64,000 bases of DNA from positions 2,784,001-2,848,000 of the forward strand of contig OZ244720.1 in assembly GCA_965219085.1 (NCBI GenBank). Direction: 5' to 3'. The notes under the pieces were generated by a model, which did no database searches, was not told where the DNA came from, and saw only the letters and a program-made list of their open reading frames with translations. This DNA comes from Dehalococcoidia bacterium. GTDB lineage: Bacteria > Chloroflexota > Dehalococcoidia > UBA2979. This document shows, in pieces, positions 1 to 9,034 of this stretch. Each line of letters opens with the position of its first letter. The first letter of the stretch is position 1. The position numbers and the translations under genes were made by a program.

Positions 1-228
1 CTCGAGGACCACGGGGTCTACGTCCGCCGCATCAACCAGGCGTTCTTCGCCTTCTACGGCACGTACGCATCGCGACCCGACGCGATCCACCCGCTCGGCG
101 CCCAGCTGATCGAGATACGCGGTCGAGCGGGCTCGTTGGCGCGCTTCCTGGAGCTCGTGCGAGGGGTGAGCAGTGCCGTCGAGGTGGAGGAGCTGCTGGA
201 GCGACTGCGCGCGCCGGGCGGACGGTAG
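1..228 (+). CDS. 3' end of conserved hypothetical protein (partial, runs off window)
   Basis: Frame 1 open from position 1 to TAG 226-228: LEDHGVYVRRINQAFFAFYGTYASRPDAIHPLG...; GC3-rich codon usage; converges on the PBP stop. Confidence 0.7.
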   Translation, partial: LEDHGVYVRRINQAFFAFYGTYASRPDAIHPLGAQLIEIRGRAGSLARFLELVRGVSSAVEVEELLERLRAPGGR

Positions 229-230
229 CG

Positions 231-3200
231 CTACTCGCCGTTTCGGACGGTCACGGTGACGCGCGTCTCGGCGACGTTGTCGTCCTTGTCCCGCACGGCG
301 AGACGGATGGTGTAGACACCGTCGGCGACCGTGGTCGTATCCCAGGACCCGAGGGGCCCCGTGATGCTGATCCGGCTATCGCGACGGAGATTCGTCCACT
401 CGGCAGGTTGCCTGCCTTCGCCGACGTCGATGGTCACCTGGCGCAACTGGATGGCGAACGCGACGCCGCGCAGGGTGACCTGACCGGACAGCTCTGCATC
501 CGACTGTGGTTGCGCGATCTGTGCGATCGGCGCACGGTCGTACCCCGCCGCCTCGTCGCCGTTGCTGACCGAGACGGGCGCCGAGAACCACAGGCGCCCG
601 CGCTCGGCGTCCTCGAGGCGAATCCGCAGCGTGTACGCGCCATCCGTCAACGCTGTCGTATCCCACTCAGCAAGCACCCCGGCCGTCACGGGATCGCTGG
701 ACTCTTGCAAGAGCTGCCAGGAGGCCGGATTCGACCCGCGGCCCCATTCCACGGCGTAGGACACGAACTCGGGCGACGTCGCGCGCCCTCCGATCATGAC
801 CGAGCCCGAGACGTCCTCCGAGCCATCAGGCGAGGAGATGAACACGAACTCCCGCGCATCCGTGGTGATCTCGAGGGGCGCGAGCTGGTGCGTGATGTCC
901 ACTTCCGCCGCCCACTCATCGAGACCGTCCCACTCCTCGATCTCTTCGGGGGGCAGCACGAGTCGCACTTCGCGCGACACGAAGGTCGCCGGGGTGTCCG
1001 GGGCGGCCAGCAGCCCGGTGCGCGTGTCGATGTCAACCGGTTGCCACCACGTGTCCTCGAGGCGAGCGAGGTCGTCATCGTCGCCCTCCAACAGCTCCTC
1101 GGCGAACAGGCCGGTGTAGCGCGCGGCCGTAGGACAGTACTTCGTGGGGAGCATGCCGGACGGCCAGCAGAGCTCGCGCGATTCGATCCCGCCGGGGCTC
1201 TCGAACGTGCTCGGCGCAATCTGGAGATGGTCATGCGCGAAGGCCATGAAGTCCCGCCACGACCGCCACGAGATGCGCGTCGAGGTGATGTTGACCATCG
1301 GAGAGTTGTCGGCGTTGCCTGCCCACACCCCCGCCACCAGGTCGGGCGTGTAGCCGAACGCCCACGTATCGCCGATCTCGCGCGAGTCCTCGTACGGCTC
1401 GCTTGTGCCGGTCTTCTGCGCCGACGTCCGGCCCGGCAGGTTCAGGCCGCCGCATCCGAATGTGAGGCACTGCGTATCGGGGTCCGACAGGATCGCCGTG
1501 ATGAGGTACGCGAAGTTCGGCCCGACGACGCGCCGCTCGGTCGGCTCCTCGAACTGGTACAGCACCGTGCCGGCGTGGTCGCTCACGCGCAGCAGGGCCA
1601 CAGGGTCGATGGTGCGCTCACCCGGGTCGTAGCGCTCGAGGGCGTCCTGCCCGCGCATCACGCCGTTGTTCGCGAGCACGCTGAAGGCGAGGACCATGTC
1701 CTCGAGCTTCACGTCGACGCCACCGAGCGTGAGCGAGGGCCCGTAGCCGAGTGGGTTGTCGAGCGTCGTGATCCCCACCTGCTTGTAGACGGCCATCGTG
1801 TTCTCGACCCCGGCGAAGAGGATCGCCTTGAATGCCGGGATGTTGAGCGAGTTGCCCAGCGCGTCGCCGGCCGGGATGACGCCCTGGTAGGTCCCGCTCG
1901 GGTTGCGCGGCTGGAAGAAGTCGCCCGTTGCGGGGTCGATGACCTTCGTGGGCGTGTCGAGGATGCCGGCGCCGGTGCTCCAGCCCTGCATGAAGGCCGT
2001 CATGTAGGTGAACGGCTTGAGCGTCGAACCGGGCGAGTTCAACGAGATCGCGTTGTCGTTGCGGCCCTCGATGTCCTCGCGGAAGTAGTCGCGGCTGCCG
2101 ACGTAGACGAGGATCTGTCCGGTCTTCGGGTCCATCGCGTAGAACGCGCCGTTGTGGCCGTCGGAGCTCTCCTCGAACTCGGAGATCTTCTCCTCGAGGA
2201 TCCGTTCGGCCTCGCGCTGCAGTCCGAGGTCGAGGGTGGTGACGACCTCCAGCCCGTCCTCGTAGAGGGCGCGCTCACCGAAGCGTTGCGAGATCTCCTC
2301 GGCGATGCGCCCAAGGATGAAGTGCGGCGCCTCGATGTCGAAGCGGTTGGCCTTGAACTCCAGCTCCGTGCTGCGCGCGCGGGCCGCCTCGACCTCGCCG
2401 ATGATGCCGTGCCGCACCATGAGGCCGAGCACCTCGTGCTGGCGGGCAATCGCGATCGCCTCGTTCGTGAGCGGGTTGTAGCGCGCGGGCGAGGCGGGAA
2501 TGCCTGCCAGGAGCGCCGCTTCCGGGAGCGTCAGCTCGCTCGCCTGCTTGCCGAAGTAGCCCTCGGACGCCGCCTCGATGCCGACGTAGATGCCGCCGTA
2601 CGAGATCGAGTTGAGGTACCACTCGAGGATCTGATCCTTCGTGTAGCGCTCCGTCAGCTCCAGCGCGATCGCCGCCTCCTTGAGTTTGCGTTCGACGGTG
2701 CGCGCGGCGCGCTCTTCCTTCGGGATGTACACGTTCTTCGCGAGCTGCTGTGTGATCGAGGAGCCGCCGGTGCCTTCGAAGAAGTCCGAGCCACCGAACG
2801 GCGAGAGGTTCTCGACCCCGGCGCGCGCGAGCCCGCGCACGTTGAGCCCGTTGTTCTCGTAGAAGCTGGCATCCTCGGTGGCGATGGTCGCGAGCACGAC
2901 CCAGCGCGAGATGTCCTCGAGCGGGACGGGGCGGCGCAGACCGCCGAACTCGTCGATGAATTCGTAGAGCAGGACGCCGTTGCGGTCGTAGATGCGGGCC
3001 CCGCCGCGCGGGAGATCCGCCAGCAACTGCTCGGGCGGCACGACGTTGATGACGAACTCGTCGTACTTCTTCTTCCCGTAGAGCAATGAGCCGCCGGCCG
3101 TGGCGACGGCGCCGACGACGAACAGCGCGAGGAGCCCCGCCAGGATCCAGACCCAGCGTCCGAGGTGCAGCCCGCCGCCGTTGCCGTTCGAGCGGCGCCG

Positions 3201-3239
3201 GCGGGATCGCCGTCGCAGTACGCGTCGCGTCGGGGTCAT
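231..3239 (-). CDS. Class A penicillin-binding protein (PBP1A family) with two C-terminal Ig-like repeats
   Basis: N-terminal TM; transglycosylase motifs EDASFYEN, GGSSITQQLAKN, RKLKE; transpeptidase STLK, SLN, KTGT; two WDTT...DG.YT.R repeats. Start ATG 3239 overlaps the upstream TGA (ATGA). Confidence 0.93.
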   Translation of the reverse strand: MTPTRRVLRRRSRRRRSNGNGGGLHLGRWVWILAGLLALFVVGAVATAGGSLLYGKKKYDEFVINVVPPEQLLADLPRGGARIYDRNGVLLYEFIDEFGGLRRPVPLEDISRWVVLATIATEDASFYENNGLNVRGLARAGVENLSPFGGSDFFEGTGGSSITQQLAKNVYIPKEERAARTVERKLKEAAIALELTERYTKDQILEWYLNSISYGGIYVGIEAASEGYFGKQASELTLPEAALLAGIPASPARYNPLTNEAIAIARQHEVLGLMVRHGIIGEVEAARARSTELEFKANRFDIEAPHFILGRIAEEISQRFGERALYEDGLEVVTTLDLGLQREAERILEEKISEFEESSDGHNGAFYAMDPKTGQILVYVGSRDYFREDIEGRNDNAISLNSPGSTLKPFTYMTAFMQGWSTGAGILDTPTKVIDPATGDFFQPRNPSGTYQGVIPAGDALGNSLNIPAFKAILFAGVENTMAVYKQVGITTLDNPLGYGPSLTLGGVDVKLEDMVLAFSVLANNGVMRGQDALERYDPGERTIDPVALLRVSDHAGTVLYQFEEPTERRVVGPNFAYLITAILSDPDTQCLTFGCGGLNLPGRTSAQKTGTSEPYEDSREIGDTWAFGYTPDLVAGVWAGNADNSPMVNITSTRISWRSWRDFMAFAHDHLQIAPSTFESPGGIESRELCWPSGMLPTKYCPTAARYTGLFAEELLEGDDDDLARLEDTWWQPVDIDTRTGLLAAPDTPATFVSREVRLVLPPEEIEEWDGLDEWAAEVDITHQLAPLEITTDAREFVFISSPDGSEDVSGSVMIGGRATSPEFVSYAVEWGRGSNPASWQLLQESSDPVTAGVLAEWDTTALTDGAYTLRIRLEDAERGRLWFSAPVSVSNGDEAAGYDRAPIAQIAQPQSDAELSGQVTLRGVAFAIQLRQVTIDVGEGRQPAEWTNLRRDSRISITGPLGSWDTTTVADGVYTIRLAVRDKDDNVAETRVTVTVRNGE

Positions 3240-4033
3240 GCGGCGCCCCGCACGCGCAGCACCAGCAGGTGCGACAGCCCGAACCGGCGCCACCGCGTCT
3301 CCTCGGCGCGGTAGCAGACCGCGCGCACGACACGCGCGAGCCGCGGCCAGCGGGCGGCGATGTTGTCGAAGCCGGGATACACGTAGCCGTGCTCAAGGAC
3401 CTCGAGGCCGGAGGCGGCCAGCAGCGGCGCCCAGTCGCCTGCCTCGTAGACGCGGGCGTGCGGCACCAGCCGGTCACGCAGGCGTCGCGGCAGCCAGTTC
3501 ACGAGCGGGATGTTGCCGAACACGTACCGGCGGCGCAGGAAGATGCCGTGCGTCTCGAACGGGTAGAGCCGGTTCGGGGCGAAGATCACGGCGCGCCCGC
3601 CCGGGGCCAGCACGCGCGCCACCTCGCGCAGCGTCTCGACCTCGTCGGCGACATGCTCGATGACCTCGTTCAGCACCACGACGTCCAGTGAGCCGCTCGC
3701 GAACGGCAGCGTCTCGCCCGCGGCGGCGACGAGGCCGCGCGCGCCGCGCGCGCGTCCCTCGGCGAGGCGGGCGCGCTCGATGTCACAGCCGAGCGCCGAG
3801 GCGCCGGCCTGCCCGAACGCGCGCACGTACTCGCCGACCCCACAGCCGAGGTCCAGCACGCGCCGGCCGGCGAGCGGGACGTGGCGCTCGATGATCGCGA
3901 GGCGGCGCTGCTGGCCCGATCGCCAGACGAAGCTCGGGTTGCCCAGCCGCGCGGCGTCGGGCGCTTCGAGGTCCCTCGCCGGCCGCGCGGCCGGCGATTC
4001 GTGGGGTGTGACCGGTGGGGCCTGTTCAGCGAT
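3236..4033 (-). CDS. Class I SAM-dependent methyltransferase
   Basis: VLDLGCGVG motif I, LPFASGSLDVV, VIEHV, RVLAPGG. Start uncertain: ATG 4147 or ATC 4033 behind GGGAG. Confidence 0.85.
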   Translation of the reverse strand: MAEQAPPVTPHESPAARPARDLEAPDAARLGNPSFVWRSGQQRRLAIIERHVPLAGRRVLDLGCGVGEYVRAFGQAGASALGCDIERARLAEGRARGARGLVAAAGETLPFASGSLDVVVLNEVIEHVADEVETLREVARVLAPGGRAVIFAPNRLYPFETHGIFLRRRYVFGNIPLVNWLPRRLRDRLVPHARVYEAGDWAPLLAASGLEVLEHGYVYPGFDNIAARWPRLARVVRAVCYRAEETRWRRFGLSHLLVLRVRGAA

Positions 4034-4191
4034 CGCTTTGCTCCCGGCCGATGGTGGGGCAGTGGGGGAGTGGCTCCGATCGTATCCGCTGACCGGCGGC
4101 GACGCGAGCGCCAGCGTGGCTATGGTGCGACCCGTTATTTCGCACATATAGTGAGCGCACGGTTTCCGCTCCGATCGCCACGAGGTGCGCC

Positions 4192-4479
4192 CTGGAACTC
4201 ACCGCCGCCGACGTACGCCATATCGCGCAGCTTGCCCGCGTCGCGCTCAGCGACGACGAGGTCGAGCGCTTCCGCCCGGAACTGTCGAGCATCCTCGAAC
4301 ATTGCCAGGCCCTCAACGGCGTCGACACCGCCGACGTGCCGCCCACGGCCCAGTCGTTCAACCTCGTCAACGTCGAACGCGCCGACGAGCCGGCGTCCTC
4401 GGAGCCTACCGAGGATGTGCTGTCCAACGCTCCCCGCCGTGAGGCCGACTACTTCCGCGTGCGCGCGGTGCTCGACTAG
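4192..4479 (+). CDS. gatC: Asp/Glu-tRNA amidotransferase subunit C (missing from ORF track, CTG start)
   Basis: Translates (M)ELTAADVRHIAQLARVALSDDEVERFRPELSSILEH...VLSNAPRREADYFRVRAVLD*; GAGGT RBS upstream; immediately precedes gatA. Confidence 0.93.
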   Translation: MELTAADVRHIAQLARVALSDDEVERFRPELSSILEHCQALNGVDTADVPPTAQSFNLVNVERADEPASSEPTEDVLSNAPRREADYFRVRAVLD

Positions 4480-4486
4480 GCGCGCC

Positions 4487-6025
4487 GTGACGTCAGACGC
4501 CGCCGACCAGGCTCCCATCGACCTCGATCGAGCCGCGCACGAGCACGCCGCGGCGTTGCGCGCCGGCGCGTACACAGCGCGCGCCCTCGCCGAGGCCACG
4601 CTCGACCGCGTCGAGGCGCAGGAGCCGGCGCTCAACGCCTACGTCACGCTCACCCGCGAGGAGGCGCTCGCGCAGGCGGACGCCGCCGACGCGCGCATCC
4701 GCGCCGGCGATGCGGCCCCGCTGACCGGCGTCCCGATCGCGCTCAAGGACGTGCTCTCCACGCGCGGCGTCCAGACGACCGCCGGCTCGCGCATGCTCGA
4801 GGGCTTCGTGCCCGTCATCGACTGCACCGTGGTGGCGCGGCTGCGCGAGCAGGGCGCGGTCTTCGTCGGCAAGGCAAACATGGACGAGTTCGCGATGGGA
4901 TCGTCGACCGAGCACTCGGCGTACGGCGCGACGCGCAACCCGTGGGACCTCGAGCGTGTGCCGGGCGGCTCCTCGGGCGGGTCGGCGGCGACGGTCGCCG
5001 CCGGCGGCGTGCCGATCTCGCTCGGCACTGACACCGGCGGATCGATCCGCCAGCCCGCCGCGCTCACGGGCATCCTCGGTCTCAAGCCCACGTACGGCCG
5101 CGTCAGCCGCTACGGCGTTGTCGCCTTCGCGTCCTCGCTCGAGCAGGTCGGGCCCTTCGGCCGCGACGCGCGCGACGTGGCGACGCTGCTCCAGGCCATC
5201 GCCGGCCACGACCCCAACGACTCGACCACCGCGCTCGCGCCCGTGCCCGACTACCTCGACTCGCTCGGTCGCGGCCTCGACGGCCTGCGCGTCGGCGTCC
5301 CCGCCGAGGCGATGTCCGAGGGCCTCGAAGACGGCGTGCGCGAGGCGTTCGAGCAGGCCGTCGACGCGCTGGGGCGCGCGGGCGCGCACGTCGACCGCGA
5401 TGTCGCACTGCCATCGATCGACGTGGCGTTGTCGGCGTACTACATCATCGCGCCAGCCGAGGCCTCGGCGAACCTCGCGCGCTACGACGGGGTGAAGTAC
5501 GGCTACAGCGTCCTCGACGGCGACTCGATGTGGGAGGAGATGGAGCAGACGCGCGGACGCGGCTTCGGCGACGAGGTCAAGCGGCGCATCATGATCGGCA
5601 CCTACGCCCTCTCCGCCGGCTACTACGACGCCTACTACCTCCAGGCGCAGAAGGTGCGCACCGTCATCCGCCGGGAGTTCGACGCAGCCTTCGCCGACCA
5701 CCACCTGATCGTCACGCCCACCTCGCCGGGCGTGGCGTTCCCCCTCGGCGCGAAGCTCGACGATCCCCTCGCGATGTACCTCAACGACCTGTTCACGATC
5801 CCGGTGAACATCGCGGGCAACCCCGGGCTGAGCGTGCCGTGTGGCTTCTCCGAGGGCCTGCCCGTCGGACTACATCTCATCGGCGCGCCGTTCGCCGAGG
5901 CGACGCTGCTGCGCGCCGCGCACGCGTTCGCCGAGGTGACGGACTGGCACGCGCGCCGGCCGCCCGCTACGGCGATGTTGAGCGATACTGTGCCGAATGT
6001 GGTGGGTGATGGAGGCGTTTCGTGA
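4487..6025 (+). CDS. gatA: Asp/Glu-tRNA amidotransferase subunit A
   Basis: Amidase signature GGSSGGSAA, GTDTGGSIRQPA, EVKRRIMIGTYALSAGYYDAYY. Confidence 0.96.
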   Translation: MTSDAADQAPIDLDRAAHEHAAALRAGAYTARALAEATLDRVEAQEPALNAYVTLTREEALAQADAADARIRAGDAAPLTGVPIALKDVLSTRGVQTTAGSRMLEGFVPVIDCTVVARLREQGAVFVGKANMDEFAMGSSTEHSAYGATRNPWDLERVPGGSSGGSAATVAAGGVPISLGTDTGGSIRQPAALTGILGLKPTYGRVSRYGVVAFASSLEQVGPFGRDARDVATLLQAIAGHDPNDSTTALAPVPDYLDSLGRGLDGLRVGVPAEAMSEGLEDGVREAFEQAVDALGRAGAHVDRDVALPSIDVALSAYYIIAPAEASANLARYDGVKYGYSVLDGDSMWEEMEQTRGRGFGDEVKRRIMIGTYALSAGYYDAYYLQAQKVRTVIRREFDAAFADHHLIVTPTSPGVAFPLGAKLDDPLAMYLNDLFTIPVNIAGNPGLSVPCGFSEGLPVGLHLIGAPFAEATLLRAAHAFAEVTDWHARRPPATAMLSDTVPNVVGDGGVS

Positions 6026-7260
6026 CGAGCCCCGCCCGCACCCTGCAATCGGCCGACGTACCTGAGCCGGGACATCGTGCGCGCCGCGGACACAACTCGG
6101 CCACCGTCACCGCGCTCCCGGCTTCGGGGATCCGGCGCTTCTTCGAGCTGCTCGATGAGACGGCGGGCGTCATCTCGCTCGCCGTGGGGCAGCCCGACTT
6201 CCCCACGCCGGCGCAGATCACGAACGCCGCCTCCGACGCCATGCTCGCCGGTCACACCGGCTACACCAGCAACTACGGCCTGCCCGAACTGCGCGAACGG
6301 CTGAGCAACCACATCGAGCACCGCTACGGCGTGCGGTACAACCCGGCGCGCGAACTGATGATGACCACCGGCGTCTCCGAGGCGCTCGACCTCGCGATGC
6401 GGGCGCTCCTCGACCACGGCGACGAGGTGCTCGTGCCCGAGCCGGCGTACGTCGCCTACCAGCCCGTGGTGCTGCTCGCCGGCGGCCACTACGTGCCCGT
6501 GCCGACCGATCCCGAGTCCGACTTCGTGGTCACCGTCGAGGCGCTCGAGGAGCGCCTGACGCCCGCGACGAAGGCGATCCTGCTCGGCTATCCCTCGAAC
6601 CCCACGGGCGCGGTGCTGGAGCGCCCCACCATGGAGGCGATCGCCCGCTTCGCCGCGAAGCACGACCTGTTCGTCATCGCCGACGAGCTGTACGACCGCC
6701 TCGTCTACGGCATCGAGCACGTCTGCTTCGCCTCGCTCGACGGGATGTGGGAGCGCACGATCCTGCTCGGCGGCTTCTCGAAGGCCTACGCGATGACCGG
6801 CTGGCGGCTTGGCTACGCCGCCGCTCCCCCGGACATCCTCGAGGCGATGATGAAGGTCCACCAGTACGTCATGATGTCGGCCCCCACCGCCGCGCAGTAC
6901 GCCGCCGTCGAGGCGCTCGACAGCGGCGAGGAGGACGTGCGCGGCATGCTCGCCGAGTACGACCGCCGCCGCCGCATGGTCGTCGGGCGGCTCAACGCGA
7001 TGGGCCTCGACACCGTCGAACCGCGTGGCGCGTTCTACGCCTTCCCCGACATCCGCTCGACCGGCCTCGACGACTTCACGTTCGCCGAGACCCTGCTGGC
7101 CGAGGAGCGCGTGGCCGTGGTGCCCGGCTCGGCGTTCGGCGAGAGCGGCGCCGGGTTCGTGCGCATCTGCTATGCCGCCGACTACGACGACATCGCCGAG
7201 GCGATGGACCGCACCGAGCGCTTCGTCGCGCGCCGCCGGTCGATGGCCGGGGCGTCGTGA
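6022..7260 (+). CDS. PLP-dependent aminotransferase class I/II
   Basis: GQPDF, PSNPTG, DELY, SKAYAMTGWRLGY. Confidence 0.93.
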   Translation: MTSPARTLQSADVPEPGHRARRGHNSATVTALPASGIRRFFELLDETAGVISLAVGQPDFPTPAQITNAASDAMLAGHTGYTSNYGLPELRERLSNHIEHRYGVRYNPARELMMTTGVSEALDLAMRALLDHGDEVLVPEPAYVAYQPVVLLAGGHYVPVPTDPESDFVVTVEALEERLTPATKAILLGYPSNPTGAVLERPTMEAIARFAAKHDLFVIADELYDRLVYGIEHVCFASLDGMWERTILLGGFSKAYAMTGWRLGYAAAPPDILEAMMKVHQYVMMSAPTAAQYAAVEALDSGEEDVRGMLAEYDRRRRMVVGRLNAMGLDTVEPRGAFYAFPDIRSTGLDDFTFAETLLAEERVAVVPGSAFGESGAGFVRICYAADYDDIAEAMDRTERFVARRRSMAGAS

Positions 7261-7994
7261 CCTCGCTGCCGTCCGGCGGCCCGCCGGAACCACCGGGCGG
7301 TGACGACGACCTCGTCCTCTCGATCCAGAACGTCAACGCGCAGCCCGGCGAACACCCGGGCGAACTCACCCTCGAGATCGAGACGACACGCGGGCAGATC
7401 CGCGGCACGCTCCATCCCTGCGAAGGCAAGACCGGCTGCGCCATCTACGTGGGCGGCGCCGCTGAGGGTAACGCCGAGGGCCCCGCGGACTCCGTCTACC
7501 TGCGCCTCAGCCGTGAGCTCATCGCGCGCGGGGTGACCTCGCTGCGCATCCACTACCGCGAGCCGGGCGAGTTCACGGAGTGCGTGCTCGACACGCTCGC
7601 GGCCTGCTCGTTCCTGCGTGGCATCGGCGCGGAGCGCGCCGTGCTCGTGGGGCACTCGTTCGGCGGGGCGGTCGTGATCAAGGCGGGTGAGCTGGCGCCC
7701 CTCGCGAGCGCGGTAGCAGCGCTGTCGCCCCAGCGTCACGGCACGCAGGAGGTGGAGAAGCTCGGCAAGCCGCTGCTGCTCGTCCACGGCTCGGCGGACC
7801 GCGTGTTGCTGCCCGAGGCCTCCGAGGACATCTACAGCCGCGCCCAGGAGCCCAAGCGCCTCGAGATCCTCGAGGGCGGGAGCCACGCCCTCACCGAGGT
7901 CGCCGCCGACGTGCACTCGCTGCTCGGCGACTTCATCGCCACCGCCGTCGGCGATCCCGAGCCTCCGGCCGGGGAGCCCTCGAACGGCTCGTAG
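7257..7994 (+). CDS. Alpha/beta-fold hydrolase
   Basis: GHSFGG nucleophile elbow, LLVHGSADRVL, GGSH; GTG start overlaps upstream TGA. Confidence 0.88.
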   Translation: MTSLPSGGPPEPPGGDDDLVLSIQNVNAQPGEHPGELTLEIETTRGQIRGTLHPCEGKTGCAIYVGGAAEGNAEGPADSVYLRLSRELIARGVTSLRIHYREPGEFTECVLDTLAACSFLRGIGAERAVLVGHSFGGAVVIKAGELAPLASAVAALSPQRHGTQEVEKLGKPLLLVHGSADRVLLPEASEDIYSRAQEPKRLEILEGGSHALTEVAADVHSLLGDFIATAVGDPEPPAGEPSNGS

Positions 7995-8056
7995 TCCGCA
8001 TCCCGTCCCCTCAGCCTGCTAGACTCCGCGCTCGCGTACGTAATGAGCGAGGGGTT

Positions 8057-9016
8057 GTGATGGCGGATCTTGGCGTGTGGACGGTGGACGGTGGGGCGCC
8101 GCGGCGCGTGGGTCGCTCGGGCGTCGATCTGGAGCAGCATCTCGAAGACTGGATCGCGCGTGACGCGTCGCTGCTCGCGGATGGGCTCACGGTCGTCGGC
8201 CGCCAGGTACGGCTCGAAGGCGGCCCCCTCGACCTGCTTGCCATCGACTGGCAGGACCGGTGGGTGGTCATCGAGCTCAAGCGCGAGCGGCTCTACCGAG
8301 ACGCCCTGGCGCAGGCCCTTGACTACGCGTCCTCGATCGCCGCGATGGGCGGAGATGATCTCGCCGAGCTGCTCGGCCCGGGGCTTGCCAACCTCGGCGA
8401 TGCAGAGGAACTCTCCCGCACAGTTCGAGGTCAGTTGGACGGGGAGGAGGGTGGCCGCGAGGTAGCCGTGCTGCTCGCGGGCGTCGGTGTCGACGCCGGA
8501 CTGGAGCGCATTGTTGCGCACCTTGGCGGTTACGGAGTGCCGATCACGATCGTGAACTTCGATGTGTTTGAGCCCGAAGGCGGCCCGCGCTTGCTGCTCC
8601 GGGCGGTCACCGAGGAGCAAACCGAGCCGCGGGCCCCTCAACCACGGCGGACCGTCGAGCTGATTCGCGAGCGCGCCGCACAAGCCGGCGTGACGGCCGA
8701 GTTCGCGCGTTTTGTGGGGATGGCGGAGCAGGCGGGTCTTGCTGTGCAACCACAGAAGCACTCAGTGAGGATCGCGCCCCCGGCGAATCGCACCCGCTAC
8801 CTCATGTACGCGCGGCCCGAATCAGGGGGCATCGTGATCAGCGCGGGTGCTACGGATTTCGCCGAGTTCTTCCCTCACCTCACCGAGGAACGGGCGAAGG
8901 CGGGTCTCGGCGCCGAGCGCGAGGGCCGGCACCTATCGGGCGCAGAGCTGGATGCTCGGCTCAATCAGATCGAGGCGTTCCTGAAGACGCTGCCGAGCCC
9001 GGCCGACTCCGAGTAG
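8057..9016 (+). CDS. NucS/DUF91-like PD-(D/E)XK endonuclease domain protein (accessory)
   Basis: LEQHLEDWI...VVGRQV...LDLLAID...VVIELKR...QALDY. Confidence 0.8.
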   Translation: MMADLGVWTVDGGAPRRVGRSGVDLEQHLEDWIARDASLLADGLTVVGRQVRLEGGPLDLLAIDWQDRWVVIELKRERLYRDALAQALDYASSIAAMGGDDLAELLGPGLANLGDAEELSRTVRGQLDGEEGGREVAVLLAGVGVDAGLERIVAHLGGYGVPITIVNFDVFEPEGGPRLLLRAVTEEQTEPRAPQPRRTVELIRERAAQAGVTAEFARFVGMAEQAGLAVQPQKHSVRIAPPANRTRYLMYARPESGGIVISAGATDFAEFFPHLTEERAKAGLGAEREGRHLSGAELDARLNQIEAFLKTLPSPADSE

Positions 9017-9034
9017 CGCGCCGAGGGCGCACCC

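Noticed and set aside
408-3089. 893-aa + strand ORF and the many other long antisense or alternate-frame ORFs (e.g. 13653-15458, 19095-21086, 16502-18346)
   Set aside because: Shadow ORFs of high-GC genes; Arg/Ala/Gly-rich, no motifs, fully overlapping well-supported genes
4140-4155. NrdR-box-like gcacatatagtg
   Set aside because: Better explained as the TATAGT -10 of gatC; not near a nucleotide-metabolism gene
3881-4486. ORF-track N-terminal extension of GatA, and similar extensions on ftsA, ddl, murG, mraY, aspS, HDAC and DMT
   Set aside because: They overlap upstream genes in another frame; homology starts later at starts coupled to the upstream stop. FtsZ differs because its extension overlaps no other gene
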